A stretch of DNA of 39,960 nucleotides, taken from IMG/VR virus record IMGVR_UViG_3300008255_000053, positions 1 to 39,960 of that record; one strand, given 5' to 3'. Below the pieces are notes generated by a model that was not told the DNA's origin, ran no database searches, and saw only the letters and a program-made list of their open reading frames with translations. Every line of letters begins with the position of its first letter. Position 1 is the first letter of the stretch. Below are positions 7,596 to 18,164 of the stretch, one piece after another. Source of the DNA: a virus. Taxonomy: Duplodnaviria; Caudoviricetes. Position numbers and translations under genes: made by a program.

Positions 7596-9141
7596 CAAGT
7601 CTTTGTACTTGTTGTGTTGTCATGCCTGTGTAGGCAGTTATTTCACCAATTAGTTTAGGCGAAATAACAGTTTGGATAGCACTTCTTAGTAAGTCACCCA
7701 ACGATGCACTTGCACGGGTAATACCGCCAAGTTCTCTCCCAGCTTCTTGTGCGAGTATATTTCTTCCTCCTGGCACAGCTTCTTCGAGTAATCCGATAGT
7801 GCTGTCTTTTTCTCCTGAAAACAAGTTTGCAATTTTTCTTTCAGTCTTCATTCTTTCTGCCATGCCACCAACAAGACTACCTTTAGTAGCAAACTCTTGG
7901 TTAAGTGCTTTTATTTTGTCTTGTGCTTGAGCATACTTAGACAACATTTCTTTTGCGGCTGGTATTCTGTCGCCTATATAGTTGCGTGTGTTGCGCGATA
8001 CTGAATCAATGATTGCGTTTAGCTGTTTTGATTGTTCTCCAGGCTTTCTGTAGTTACTTATTTTCTTAGCTAGTTTGTGGAGTCCTTCTGGTGTCGTGTC
8101 TTTCCACCCTTTCACTACATCAAACACCTCTTGTAAGCGTTTTCCTTCACCAGAATCAATAGCAGCTTGGGAGAAGTTAAGTTTTCCTTTTTTCGGGTCT
8201 ACTATTACGTCAAAGTTTCGTAAAACCTGTGTTAGTTTTGACTTAACACCTTGTGTTGAGAGAGTATACGTTTTTCCATCAACCTTTATAGTCGTTTTGG
8301 CTCCTTCCTGTATAACTTTAGGTGTTCTTCCAAGTCGCTTAGGTAAGTTTGCCAAGTCGTCACCAAACTCTTTTGATGCTTCTCTAGCGAGATTAGATAC
8401 AGACTCACGTATTTTAGTAGCTGACTGTGGCAACGAAGCCTGTCCACGTAAACCCTTAAGAGCTTCCTGTGGATTGTCAAGTATCGCGTCAATAACTTTA
8501 GTACCTTTTCCTGAAAGTCCAGCAGCAAGGTTTTTTCCGAAGGTTCCTGCAAATTTAGTTGCACCTTTCGCTACACCACCAGCAACAGGAAGTCCACCAC
8601 CAACAAGCGCACCAATGCCAGGTTTCACTGCGTCAGCAACGTCTTCTCCTTGTTCTAGTCCACTAGCTACGTCAAATCCGTAACCAGTTGCAGCACCAGC
8701 ACCTACTTTTCCTAGTCCTGAAGCTAGTTTTGCTCCAACTCCTAATGCTCTTGCTCCAGTACCAAGTGCCGCTGCTCCGCGTCCTACAGGTGTAAAGAGC
8801 AAAGCAGAACGTGCCGCACTTCCTCCTATTTCTTTAAGAGAAGGAGTGCTAGTGTCAACATACTGTCTGTCTTCTTTTGGTGTAAATAATGGTGCAAGTT
8901 TAGAACCGATTGCTTCACCGACTTTTCCACCTCCAAAAAGAGTATCGGCTACACCAGCAGCCTTACCAAGTGTTGTTTTTTGTGCTTGAACTGGTATTTG
9001 TTTATTTGTAGGAGTGCCTTGTACATCAGCACGTACTCTGGCTATACGCTGTTGTGGAGTTTCTTGTTTATTGTCTACCGTCTTCTGGTTAAGACTTGCA
9101 CGTACTCTTTCTATTCTCTGTTGTGGTGTTTCTTTAGGCAT
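7495..9141 (-). CDS. Putative ejection / internal virion protein
   Basis: G/A-rich hydrophobic segment plus a helical region; position after the tail genes. Confidence 0.6.
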   Translation of the reverse strand: MPKETPQQRIERVRASLNQKTVDNKQETPQQRIARVRADVQGTPTNKQIPVQAQKTTLGKAAGVADTLFGGGKVGEAIGSKLAPLFTPKEDRQYVDTSTPSLKEIGGSAARSALLFTPVGRGAAALGTGARALGVGAKLASGLGKVGAGAATGYGFDVASGLEQGEDVADAVKPGIGALVGGGLPVAGGVAKGATKFAGTFGKNLAAGLSGKGTKVIDAILDNPQEALKGLRGQASLPQSATKIRESVSNLAREASKEFGDDLANLPKRLGRTPKVIQEGAKTTIKVDGKTYTLSTQGVKSKLTQVLRNFDVIVDPKKGKLNFSQAAIDSGEGKRLQEVFDVVKGWKDTTPEGLHKLAKKISNYRKPGEQSKQLNAIIDSVSRNTRNYIGDRIPAAKEMLSKYAQAQDKIKALNQEFATKGSLVGGMAERMKTERKIANLFSGEKDSTIGLLEEAVPGGRNILAQEAGRELGGITRASASLGDLLRSAIQTVISPKLIGEITAYTGMTTQQVQRLANVLRTIDEPTRAATIQVLSEIFRGDADDANRR

Positions 9142-10867
9142 AAATTTTTGTACTACTTTCTTTTTGAGCTATTGCTCTTGCTAAAGTATTTAAGTCAATT
9201 TGTTGAATTGGTGTGCTTGATTTAGCACCTGTACTTTGTAGTATTTGTTGTAGATATTGTTGTGTATTGTTTTCAGATGGAGGTGCGTATTTAGTTACGA
9301 ATTGAGCTAGAGTTAGTCCACGGCCAGCATCTAATTTAATTTGATTTTGTAATGCTTGGTATCCTGCTTCAGGACTACTAAACTTTGCAAATCCTCCTTC
9401 TCCTTGTGTAGCACCTGTTTGACCTGCAAAACGTAGGTTCCCTGGATTGTTGTTCACAAACGCTAAGCGTGCTGTTCTCGGTATTGCTACGGTGCCTTGA
9501 TTTGTGTCGGCACCACCAACTTTGTTAAAAGATTGGGGGATATTACCTTCAAGTAACTCTGCTATTTCTTCATCAGTAGCATCAGGATTTTCTTGTAGGT
9601 ATTTGAGTACTTGGTCGTTTTGATAGTCCTCAAAGAATTTTACCACCTGTCCCAAATTCTCTTTTAGTTGTGAAGGGGACTGCGCTGTATCAAGTGCTGA
9701 TATTACCGAACTCAAGAGTTGTAACTCACGTTCAGATACTTGACCAAGTGCTCCACCAGTAGGTGACGCGTCACGCATAGCTTGTAACTCAGCGAATCCA
9801 ATGTTTCCCTGAATAGTATTAACAGTTTGTGCTAAGTCAAATGCTGGTGTACCACCTATGTTTCGCAAAGATTGTCCACCAATTCCAGCAGAAAGTGCAC
9901 TGACTTTAGATAATGCTTCTTGAGCTTTGTTGATTACGAGTGCTGCCTTACCAAGATTTCTAGCCTCTTCTCCTCCGAGTGTGGTCTGGTTAGAAAGTAT
10001 ATCAGCAACGCTACTTTTAAGAGCTGTAGGTACATCACTCAACTTAGCATCTCCTCGCGCTACAAGACTAGCCCATGAATCAGCAGCTTTGGTTACTCCT
10101 CCGTCAGAAGCAATTGTGTTTGATGCAATTACATTACCTTGTGCGTCAAATCGTCTCTGTCCTTCTCCAAGTGTAAAGCCTTCAGCAGCATCACCAAGTA
10201 GGCTCTTTTCAAAGTCAAGTCGTGCCTTTTGAGCTTCCGTCATTGCACTACGCTGTCCTGTAAGGCTTGAAAGGGCATCTGAGGCGGCTTGAATGTCAAA
10301 AGCTCGGTTTCTATTAACACGAGATGCTTCTCCTGAAGCAAATCCAAGTGTTTCTCCAGTTTGAAGTGCTTTCTCTTCTTCTCTACGTGAAGTATCAAGC
10401 AATCCACTTAGATACTTCTGAGCTTCTTGTTCTTTTGAAGACGGCTGTAGCGAACTTATATATGAATCAAATGCAGAACGGTACGATGCTTGCGGGTCAC
10501 TTCTTGTAGTTGCGCGAGCGCTACTGTCAGGTGGATTATAGAAAGCACCCTCACCGAATGACGTATCAGCAAGACGACCAGTATCAGCGTTGACTTTAGC
10601 ACCTGACGGCGTGGTAAACACATTAGGGTCTACATTTTGTATTTGGCTTTGTACAAACTGTTGCCGTGCTGGGTTTGGTTGTGTTGTCAAACTAGGCACG
10701 TTTGTTGAAGTAGCTGCTGTGTTAGCAGTTATACGTGAAGGGTCGTTTCTAACACCTCGTGTTGGGCTTATAGGTTGTGGGTACTGTTGTACTCCACTCT
10801 GTACAAACTTCTTTTTTGGGTTTGCAACACTCGTAGGTGCTGTTAGTTGTTTTAAGTAGTTAGGCAT
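9134..10867 (-). CDS. Putative ejection protein with a C-terminal lysozyme-like muralytic domain
   Basis: NNNPGNLRF...FAKFSSPEAG...KYAPPSENNT; GGALGQVSERELQLL. Confidence 0.65.
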   Translation of the reverse strand: MPNYLKQLTAPTSVANPKKKFVQSGVQQYPQPISPTRGVRNDPSRITANTAATSTNVPSLTTQPNPARQQFVQSQIQNVDPNVFTTPSGAKVNADTGRLADTSFGEGAFYNPPDSSARATTRSDPQASYRSAFDSYISSLQPSSKEQEAQKYLSGLLDTSRREEEKALQTGETLGFASGEASRVNRNRAFDIQAASDALSSLTGQRSAMTEAQKARLDFEKSLLGDAAEGFTLGEGQRRFDAQGNVIASNTIASDGGVTKAADSWASLVARGDAKLSDVPTALKSSVADILSNQTTLGGEEARNLGKAALVINKAQEALSKVSALSAGIGGQSLRNIGGTPAFDLAQTVNTIQGNIGFAELQAMRDASPTGGALGQVSERELQLLSSVISALDTAQSPSQLKENLGQVVKFFEDYQNDQVLKYLQENPDATDEEIAELLEGNIPQSFNKVGGADTNQGTVAIPRTARLAFVNNNPGNLRFAGQTGATQGEGGFAKFSSPEAGYQALQNQIKLDAGRGLTLAQFVTKYAPPSENNTQQYLQQILQSTGAKSSTPIQQIDLNTLARAIAQKESSTKIYA

Positions 10868-10873
10868 ATATTT

Positions 10874-11866
10874 TTAGTTAAATCCACTAGCTTGCTGCCA
10901 AGGATACCAGTAATCTCCAGGCCACCCTCCGAAGTCTTTGTCACTTGGGCTAATATAATGACCGTCAAAGGTTTCTCCAGCTTCTTCAAGCATCTGTCCG
11001 ATGAGTCCTGCTGGAATCTGTGAAAATCCTGCTTCTTGTCCTCCGTCGTAGAGTCTCCAGTAACGATTAGCTTGTTCAGGCTGCATTGGCTGGTTAATTT
11101 GGTAGAACAAAGCACATGCTCGGTAAATAGGTGCCATTTGGTACGCTTCTGGTTCAAAGGTAATCTGTCCCATACGATACGCTGCCGAACCTGCTGCGAT
11201 AGTAGTTCCTGCGTATGGCTTCACGAGTTCAAGTGTTGTTGTGTTGGTAATTGAAGCAATTTCATACCATTCCCCATCTCCTCCGTTAGCCGCTGCTGTC
11301 TGCGTAATACGGATATATTGTCCAGCCATTCCAGTTGTCCATGTGGTTCCACTTCCTGTAACCGTTGTCTCTCCATTAGCGATAGCACTTACTGTTCCAG
11401 TAGTGTAGTCAGCTATGTTTACATCTGTTATGTTTCTGCGTCCTATTAAAACAGTATCAGTACCTGTCACTGAAGGTATTGGGTTGAGTAATAGTTTCTG
11501 TCCTCGTTGAAACACGAAGTATGGGTATTGGTTAGAACCTAATCGTAGTGCAAGTACGAGCTGCCACTTCTGTTCATCAAATACGAGCTTGGGAAGATAG
11601 ATTGTAGCTGATGTTCCTGAACCGACAACTGAACGAACTGCGGTCACACGACGCATATTTGCAGGTATATAAATGTAGTCTCGGTCGGCTACAGTTTCCA
11701 CTGTTTTTTCTATTTCAAGCCATGGCCAGTTTCCTCCACGGATTGAACCAACAGTACGGCGTGATTCATTCCACAGGTCTATAAGCAACGTAGAGTTGGT
11801 CGTGTCAGTTGAAGGAACCTTGGTAAGGCTCTGTAACATTGATAGGGCTTTGTCGTATGTAAGCAT
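10874..11866 (-). CDS. Head-tail adaptor-like protein with an inserted beta domain
   Basis: Helical N-terminus with WPWL; internal YTTGTV..TVTGSGTTWT module; helical C-terminus. Confidence 0.55.
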   Translation of the reverse strand: MLTYDKALSMLQSLTKVPSTDTTNSTLLIDLWNESRRTVGSIRGGNWPWLEIEKTVETVADRDYIYIPANMRRVTAVRSVVGSGTSATIYLPKLVFDEQKWQLVLALRLGSNQYPYFVFQRGQKLLLNPIPSVTGTDTVLIGRRNITDVNIADYTTGTVSAIANGETTVTGSGTTWTTGMAGQYIRITQTAAANGGDGEWYEIASITNTTTLELVKPYAGTTIAAGSAAYRMGQITFEPEAYQMAPIYRACALFYQINQPMQPEQANRYWRLYDGGQEAGFSQIPAGLIGQMLEEAGETFDGHYISPSDKDFGGWPGDYWYPWQQASGFN

Positions 11867-11871
11867 AATAA

Positions 11872-12375
11872 TTAAGTTAGTTGTAATTGTACTAAGTACA
11901 CAGGAAAGGTAACGGTGTTGGCGAGTGTACCTGTAGCTGCTGCTCTGATGCGTAGTCTGTCGCCTTCTACCACCTGTAAGTCATTGGTCGTGCTAGTAAG
12001 CGTAAGGGTACGTTTCGTGTTTGCTACCAGCGCTGAACCTCCTGTAGCCTTAGTGGTGTTAGCGTCAGTAGCAGCTAAAAGAGCAGCGGTACCACTCCCT
12101 GCTTGTCCTAGGTTAGTGATACTAAACGTAATGTAGTTAGTATCACTCGCGGTAAGAGCAGCAGTAGCAGAAAAATCTATCTGACTAATTTTACCATTTG
12201 CAGTAGCTACATAATAGGTATCTGTGTTTCCTGTTGTTGCAATCGTTGCAGAAGTCACATTATCAGAATCGATAACTCCGAATATGTCGAAGAAGTTGAC
12301 ACGTTGAGAGTAGTTTCCATCATGGATATGGAGTCGTATTTGTTCATCTATGTATTGTCGTGTTTCTGGGTTCAT
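11872..12375 (-). CDS. Virion structural protein
   Basis: HIHDG motif, Thr/Ala-rich beta domain, tail-module position. Confidence 0.55.
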   Translation of the reverse strand: MNPETRQYIDEQIRLHIHDGNYSQRVNFFDIFGVIDSDNVTSATIATTGNTDTYYVATANGKISQIDFSATAALTASDTNYITFSITNLGQAGSGTAALLAATDANTTKATGGSALVANTKRTLTLTSTTNDLQVVEGDRLRIRAAATGTLANTVTFPVYLVQLQLT

Positions 12376-12377
12376 AG

Positions 12378-13841
12378 TTAGCCTTTATCTGAGTAGAATA
12401 TAGTCATGCGTTTAATTGCAGCTGTCACAAGTGGTATATACCGTAATCTGAACGAGCGAGTTGCTATACTAGGGTATGTTGCTTCATAAAATGTCTTGAC
12501 CTGAGTACCAACACTAACAACAGGTAAATCTGTAGAAGTGCTATTATCTGAAAATACCGTTATAAGTCCAACACCGTTAGGAGCTGCTGAATCAAGTGGG
12601 ATATCATCAACATAGTCTATAATTACTTGATTAAACGTAACAGGACGGTCGAATTCATATTCTAATGAATAGAAACGTGAAGTGAACATTAAGTTAGAGC
12701 CTGAAACATCAGATATATCGAATGTGAAAAACTTTGCTGTAGAATACGAGTAAGATAGTAAGTTGTTTCCTATATTAACTAAAAATTGTAAGTCAGTTGG
12801 TGTTGTTACAATCACGTTCTGTAATGCATACCAAAATACACGTCCTTGACCACTTACAATTTCACCGTATGCGAGTATGCGATTTTTCTCTATCAAGTAC
12901 AAAATGTCGTTTATGTTAGTGACGTGGTGCTTGTACACCAGTTCAGTGTTGTCTAGGTCGATGTTAAGCTGTCTTAAAAACTGTATACCTGCACCGTTCC
13001 AATATCCCATTCGTTGTCCGTAGAACACAAATACCGTACTTCCTACATTGTAGAATGAAGTAATCATTGCATCTACTAATACTACTTTGAGTGCTTTGTT
13101 GCTGAAACCGTCGTAGTACAGAACGCGGGCTTGTGCGTTCTGCGTACCGCTTACGTTGTATTGGTCGGCTACCGAGATAAGCATCTTCCCTGAGCCTGGG
13201 TCTATTCCTAATGCAATAATTACTTGGTTTGTAGGTAAAGTAAGAATTGTCTGTGGTGTTCCACCTGCTGAAGATTGTCTAAGAAGTAAATTACCGTCAC
13301 CATAAAAAGCATTGTCTTCGTATACTATTGCAGGGTGTGGCGCGAACGAGTCACTAAATGAATAGAAGGCGTAGTTAAAAGTATTGCTAGAACCGACTGA
13401 TGACCAACGTACTATGTCTCCACTGTTTGTGATATATGCTTCGTCTTGGAACAAAATCATGTCAGTACGTCCGTAGATATAGTTATTTGTGGTGTCTTCT
13501 GCACCTACTTCGGTCAAGTCCCCGTCAGAGTCACAGTGGAAAAACCGTCCGTCTTGTCCTGCATCAGTTGAGACAAATAAACGTGTATAAGTAAATGAAG
13601 GTGCTTCACACGAAGCAATCATATCTCCTGTTAAACTTGTACTTTTATCAGTTGGTACTGTTGGGAAGTTAAGTACACCAGGCTGTGCTGTTAAATTAAC
13701 TATTGTAGCGCTTTCTCCATTAGATATTACTGTTCCATTGGCAAAACCACCATCTTCTGTTTCAGGAGTCGTTGTCATACCTGCCGCAAGATTACGCCAG
13801 TTGATTTCTATAGTTTTTTGTCCAATGGATGAATACGCCAT
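12378..13841 (-). CDS. Putative tail nozzle / hub (beta-propeller-like)
   Basis: 487 aa beta-rich protein; podovirus gene order. Confidence 0.5.
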   Translation of the reverse strand: MAYSSIGQKTIEINWRNLAAGMTTTPETEDGGFANGTVISNGESATIVNLTAQPGVLNFPTVPTDKSTSLTGDMIASCEAPSFTYTRLFVSTDAGQDGRFFHCDSDGDLTEVGAEDTTNNYIYGRTDMILFQDEAYITNSGDIVRWSSVGSSNTFNYAFYSFSDSFAPHPAIVYEDNAFYGDGNLLLRQSSAGGTPQTILTLPTNQVIIALGIDPGSGKMLISVADQYNVSGTQNAQARVLYYDGFSNKALKVVLVDAMITSFYNVGSTVFVFYGQRMGYWNGAGIQFLRQLNIDLDNTELVYKHHVTNINDILYLIEKNRILAYGEIVSGQGRVFWYALQNVIVTTPTDLQFLVNIGNNLLSYSYSTAKFFTFDISDVSGSNLMFTSRFYSLEYEFDRPVTFNQVIIDYVDDIPLDSAAPNGVGLITVFSDNSTSTDLPVVSVGTQVKTFYEATYPSIATRSFRLRYIPLVTAAIKRMTIFYSDKG

Positions 13842-13843
13842 AC

Positions 13844-13984
13844 CTAACTAATTAAACTAATAATGAATTTCTTTTTAGCGTCTGCATACCTAGCACGAGG
13901 GTTAAACTTTTCATTCTTAGGTACCAGTCGTCCTTCACCGATTACTTTCTGTCCTTCTTTCTTTTTTACAAATTTTCCTTCCAT
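13844..13984 (-). CDS. Small basic protein (46 aa)
   Basis: Manual ORF MEGKFVKKKE... that exactly fills the gap. Confidence 0.55.
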   Translation of the reverse strand: MEGKFVKKKEGQKVIGEGRLVPKNEKFNPRARYADAKKKFIISLIS

Positions 13985-13985
13985 A

Positions 13986-14285
13986 TTATTGTGTTACTTC
14001 AAAGCGGTAGTTTTGAAGTGTTGTGTCAATCGCTGTCTGTATTTCCTTAGTATACTGTTGCTTAAATTCTAAGTAGTCCATAAGAAGCCACGTTATTGTC
14101 GGTGTCACGAAGAACAACGCGCCAACTGCTAAGTAAATCATTTTTTCTGTAAATCTCACACGCCCATTTGTATATGTTACTTGTTTTGTTAATGGTTCAA
14201 CCTTTAAGTCAATGTGGCTTTTAACATCGTCGGTGATGTCTTTCATCATCTTTTCTATTTGGCGGTTGTTATATCGTTCTTCCAT
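13986..14285 (-). CDS. Single-TM membrane protein
   Basis: TNGRV motif followed by a hydrophobic helix. Confidence 0.7.
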   Translation of the reverse strand: MEERYNNRQIEKMMKDITDDVKSHIDLKVEPLTKQVTYTNGRVRFTEKMIYLAVGALFFVTPTITWLLMDYLEFKQQYTKEIQTAIDTTLQNYRFEVTQ

Positions 14286-14292
14286 ACTCGTT

Positions 14293-15045
14293 TTACATTA
14301 GTCCTCCTGCTATTTGCATATGGTGCATTATCGGAAGATAATTCCCTGCATCAACAAATGGGTACTGAACACCAACTCCTCCATTATAAAGTTGAGATAT
14401 CTCTCCAGCCGATAACTCTCTTGTCCAAATTCCTATTTCATCAATAGCATCGTTATAAGAACGATAACCACCACCAACAAACCAAGAACCAAGAATTAAA
14501 TTGTCAAGAGATATTGCAGGCAAAGCTGTTGCAAAGTTAACAGTATTAACAAAAGAGCCGTCAACATAATATGAGATATTACGAGTCGTAGTATTTACGA
14601 CTGATGTAATCATATGCCAGTTACCATCTCCAATATCTGTTGTACAGAACTTAGCGTTAGCTACAGAAGAACCATCTGGATTAGAACCGTATACATAAAA
14701 CAATATTCTATTGTAAGTAGAGCCAGAATCTCTTGAAAACATTTCAAAAGAGAACTGCCCATTTGTTGACCATCCGTTATAACCAACCAAAACTCTATCT
14801 AAGTTTCCTGTGGTGTTTGGTACTTTTGCCCAACAATTAAATGTTGCTAATGCAACCCCCGTACCACCTACTGCTCCTACTAAAGAACGACTATTACTTG
14901 CAGCAACAAAACCTCCTCCTTCATTTATTTTTCCATTAGGTACAGAATAAGTAATTGACGTATCAGTTCCATTTGCTGAACCGACTGAATCATTGCTGTT
15001 TCCGTCCATTTTCCAATATCCAACTATATTATCAATTAAAGCCAT
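14293..15045 (-). CDS. LamG / concanavalin A-like lectin domain protein (possible receptor binding)
   Basis: VGYWKMDGNSND, DGNWHMI, YVDG, IDEIGIWTRELSAGEISQLYN. Confidence 0.85.
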   Translation of the reverse strand: MALIDNIVGYWKMDGNSNDSVGSANGTDTSITYSVPNGKINEGGGFVAASNSRSLVGAVGGTGVALATFNCWAKVPNTTGNLDRVLVGYNGWSTNGQFSFEMFSRDSGSTYNRILFYVYGSNPDGSSVANAKFCTTDIGDGNWHMITSVVNTTTRNISYYVDGSFVNTVNFATALPAISLDNLILGSWFVGGGYRSYNDAIDEIGIWTRELSAGEISQLYNGGVGVQYPFVDAGNYLPIMHHMQIAGGLM

Positions 15046-15047
15046 AA

Positions 15048-16424
15048 TTATTGTTCTTCAGCCCAGACAGTCTCCCATTCTGCGCCGTTATAAGAAGCTG
15101 TGACCAGTAGCTCCTTGCTGATAGTGGTTGCGGTTGGAAGTGCTTGTCCCATCGGGATAAAAGCGGCATTCCAAGTAAGTGAGCGAGATGTACCGTCGTC
15201 AATCAGCATGAATACCAACACCTCTCCAAGAACAGGTGTGCCTGTAGGGGCGTTGATAGTAATACCAGCAGAAAGTGCTGTACGTTGCCATATGTTTGCT
15301 GTAGCAAGTGCAGGGGTGATGTCTCCTGATGCTGCCGTTGAGGAGCGTGGCTGTATACGTTTGTTTGTAAAGGTTTCTGAACCTGCCAGCGTGCTTAATG
15401 TACCTGTTGTTGGAAGTGTTACGTTTGTTGCACCTGTGGAAGTAAGAGTAATGGAGTTTGTTGCTGAAGTGGCTAGTGTAGACCCAGCCCCTAACGTAAG
15501 TGTTCCTGTTCCTGTTGTTATAGTATTCCCATTTATCGAAGTGGCAGTTGCAACTCCAAGTGCTGGTGTAATCAACGTAGGCGAGTTAGAAAGCACAACC
15601 GAACCAGTACCTGTACTTGTAGTAACACCAGTTCCACCGTTTGCTACTGCGATAGTAGTACCGTTCCACGTACCAGTCGCAATAGTGCCTAGCGTAGTAA
15701 TGCTTGTCTGTCCTACATAGGTAGAAGCAATATCTACTACAGGGTTTACAGGGTCTGTTGAGTTGACGGTAATACGGTCAGCCGTTCCTACCACACTATC
15801 TACCTGTCCTCCACCACTTTGTGCAACAAGCTCAAACTCGTCATTCGTAGAGTTATATGCAACGACATATCCATTTGTTGGAGTTGTAAACTGTGCAACA
15901 GGCATTGCCACCACCCCCATTTCCTCGGTTGAATAGTATTTAAGTACACCTGCTGAGAAGTCTGCAACAGAGTTATCTACGGCTATTTCCCCGTTTGCGT
16001 TGACTGTTGGAGTGTCAGAGTTAGGAAGTTCGAAGCTATCTGCACCTCCTGCGTCTATAACACCTGTTAAAGTAGCTCCTGCTATGCTTGGCGTAGTGAG
16101 TGAAGGAGAAGTAGCAAGTACTACAGCCCCTGAACCTGTTGTAGTAGCTGCTGATATAGCGGTACCGTTTCCTTGTAGGATACCTGTTATCGTGGTTGTG
16201 AGTGTAATGGCTGGGGTTGTGGTTGCTGTTGCTACTGTTCCTGCAAAGCCGTTTGCGGTTACTACGGATACTGAGGTGACGGTGCCACCATTTCCTGCGT
16301 CGTCTACTAATACACGCCCTGTACTTTCGTCAATTAGTACAGGAAGCACTGTTACTCCGTCACTGCTTGAAGTACCTAGCAATGCTGGTATGTGGTTTTC
16401 GTCTCTGAAAGCTTGTTCTACCAT
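15048..16424 (-). CDS. Tail fibre protein
   Basis: Thr/Gly-rich GTVTSV, VANGGTG and TFTNKRI fibre motifs. Confidence 0.75.
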   Translation of the reverse strand: MVEQAFRDENHIPALLGTSSSDGVTVLPVLIDESTGRVLVDDAGNGGTVTSVSVVTANGFAGTVATATTTPAITLTTTITGILQGNGTAISAATTTGSGAVVLATSPSLTTPSIAGATLTGVIDAGGADSFELPNSDTPTVNANGEIAVDNSVADFSAGVLKYYSTEEMGVVAMPVAQFTTPTNGYVVAYNSTNDEFELVAQSGGGQVDSVVGTADRITVNSTDPVNPVVDIASTYVGQTSITTLGTIATGTWNGTTIAVANGGTGVTTSTGTGSVVLSNSPTLITPALGVATATSINGNTITTGTGTLTLGAGSTLATSATNSITLTSTGATNVTLPTTGTLSTLAGSETFTNKRIQPRSSTAASGDITPALATANIWQRTALSAGITINAPTGTPVLGEVLVFMLIDDGTSRSLTWNAAFIPMGQALPTATTISKELLVTASYNGAEWETVWAEEQ

Positions 16425-16427
16425 ATA

Positions 16428-16700
16428 TTATTCGTCAACTAATAATTCACCGTCTGCTGTGGCAACTGCTGGGTATGTCAAGTTGTCAGTTCCAGTGCAA
16501 AGCATACAGTCTTTATAATTTTCGTCTTTTGGGTCAATCGGTTCCATTGTGAAGGAAATAGTTGCAGTTTTACTTATCATTACACCACCATTTGAGTCAT
16601 CTACCGTGATAGGCACCAAGTTAGTACCTTGCACCGTATCAGTGTTAAGACACGCGAGCATGGCGGGGATATGGTTTTGGTCTAGTGGTGCGTTTGTCAT
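16428..16700 (-). CDS. Small structural protein (two DENH-type modules)
   Basis: Resembles the N-terminus of the downstream fibre. Confidence 0.6.
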   Translation of the reverse strand: MTNAPLDQNHIPAMLACLNTDTVQGTNLVPITVDDSNGGVMISKTATISFTMEPIDPKDENYKDCMLCTGTDNLTYPAVATADGELLVDE

Positions 16701-16701
16701 A

Positions 16702-16983
16702 CTACTTTTCTATCACTACGAGTTTAGCGGTTGCAGCTTCTTGAATAAATTGTGCTGTTGCTGCTAACACTACAAATGTCTTTGATGTGTTTGCAGGAAT
16801 AAACTCATCAAAAGCACTTGATGAAGCTGTAGCCCCCCACTTCATAAAGATGCCCTTATCTATCGCTGAGACTTCGATATAGTCTGTTCCTGCTGCGAAA
16901 GTTACCGTAGTTGAAGACGATATTGTTGCGTCATATGTCGCCGCAAGGGTGGGTGCTTTCGGGTTGTAAAAGTAGTCATTCAT
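16702..16983 (-). CDS. Small beta-rich virion protein
   Basis: Start moved to ATG 16983 (TAATATG coupling). Confidence 0.65.
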   Translation of the reverse strand: MNDYFYNPKAPTLAATYDATISSSTTVTFAAGTDYIEVSAIDKGIFMKWGATASSSAFDEFIPANTSKTFVVLAATAQFIQEAATAKLVVIEK

Positions 16984-16984
16984 A

Positions 16985-17509
16985 TTATATTTTTCCTTTT
17001 TTAAGTCGTGCAATGGCGCGGTCTAAGGTGCCACGCTCATCTTTTAATTTAATTTTATCTTTCTCAAGTGTCTCGTTATTTACAATAAGCTGTTTCTTCT
17101 CGCTTTCTATCGCTACAAGGTCAAGTTTGAGAGCATTTCGTAGGTTTTGTACCTTTTTTTCTTCGTTTTCTAGGTATTTTCGTACTAATTCGTCTTTTTC
17201 TTCCTTTTTTGCTAATAGTTCCTTAAATTCTGCGTATACTTCACCCAAAAACTTACCTCCTTCGTGTATATCTTTGGCGTAGTCAGCTACTACAGCGTAG
17301 TTTTTGTCTATCTGAGCCACCAGCTCCTTACTTTCCTCTAAAACAACATCAATGCGCTTTAGTGCTAGTTTTTCCCGTGATGTAAGGTAGTCAGTTTCTT
17401 CAGCTTTGAGCTTCGCTAGAGTCTCACGAGCAGCACTAATATCAATATTAGCCTGTGCCAACGCCTTTAGTGCGTCCATGTGTTCTTTTGTTGCTTCAAT
17501 TTCATTCAT
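16985..17509 (-). CDS. Coiled-coil protein
   Basis: E/K/L heptad composition. Confidence 0.75.
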   Translation of the reverse strand: MNEIEATKEHMDALKALAQANIDISAARETLAKLKAEETDYLTSREKLALKRIDVVLEESKELVAQIDKNYAVVADYAKDIHEGGKFLGEVYAEFKELLAKKEEKDELVRKYLENEEKKVQNLRNALKLDLVAIESEKKQLIVNNETLEKDKIKLKDERGTLDRAIARLKKGKI

Positions 17510-17570
17510 ATATTTGAATCGGTGTTATCGGCTTGCACGATTTTTCATGTCTTTGCAACACCGACAGCCA

Positions 17571-18164
17571 CTACTTAAGTAGTTCCTCTAGATTTGCTTT
17601 AGACGCTCGTTTATCGTGCTTGATACCACGGCTTTCTAGCTCTGCAAGCACTTCTTGCTTGTCAGCGAACACTCGTGGAGAAGGTGCGTCCTGTGTCGAC
17701 GCATCGGTTGTCTCTACTGTGTTTTCTTTCTTTTCCTCTATAGTACCTTCCTTTTTCATCAAGGCATCAACCATAGCTTTGTATTCCTCAACCTTTGCCA
17801 TGAGGCGGTCAGTTTCAGTTACAATGACTGGTCGTTCTTCTGTGTAAAGGTCAGTGAGGAATGACTTTTTGAGGGCTTCTAAGTCCTCATCACTCCACAA
17901 CGGCTTTCCTAAAGGATTGTTTTCTTCGTCCTTGATAGGGGCACGTTTTACTTTAACTACTTTTGCTAAGTTTGTAGCAAGACGGTTTCCTACATGGTAG
18001 GGCAACGTCATGCTTTCGCCAGCTTTAATGCCAGCTTCTCCTGAAATACCAGAGATGGGGCGGCCATCAAACATGCAGCCCATTTCAGGAGTGAACGTAA
18101 AGTCAGTCGAGTTTGTGAACTTGACTACCTTAAAGTCGTTCGGATTACTTTTTGTATTATCCAT
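17571..18164 (-). CDS. Hypothetical protein with a C-terminal HeH/LEM-like domain
   Basis: KQEVLAELESRGIKHDKRASKANLEELL. Confidence 0.65.
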   Translation of the reverse strand: MDNTKSNPNDFKVVKFTNSTDFTFTPEMGCMFDGRPISGISGEAGIKAGESMTLPYHVGNRLATNLAKVVKVKRAPIKDEENNPLGKPLWSDEDLEALKKSFLTDLYTEERPVIVTETDRLMAKVEEYKAMVDALMKKEGTIEEKKENTVETTDASTQDAPSPRVFADKQEVLAELESRGIKHDKRASKANLEELLK

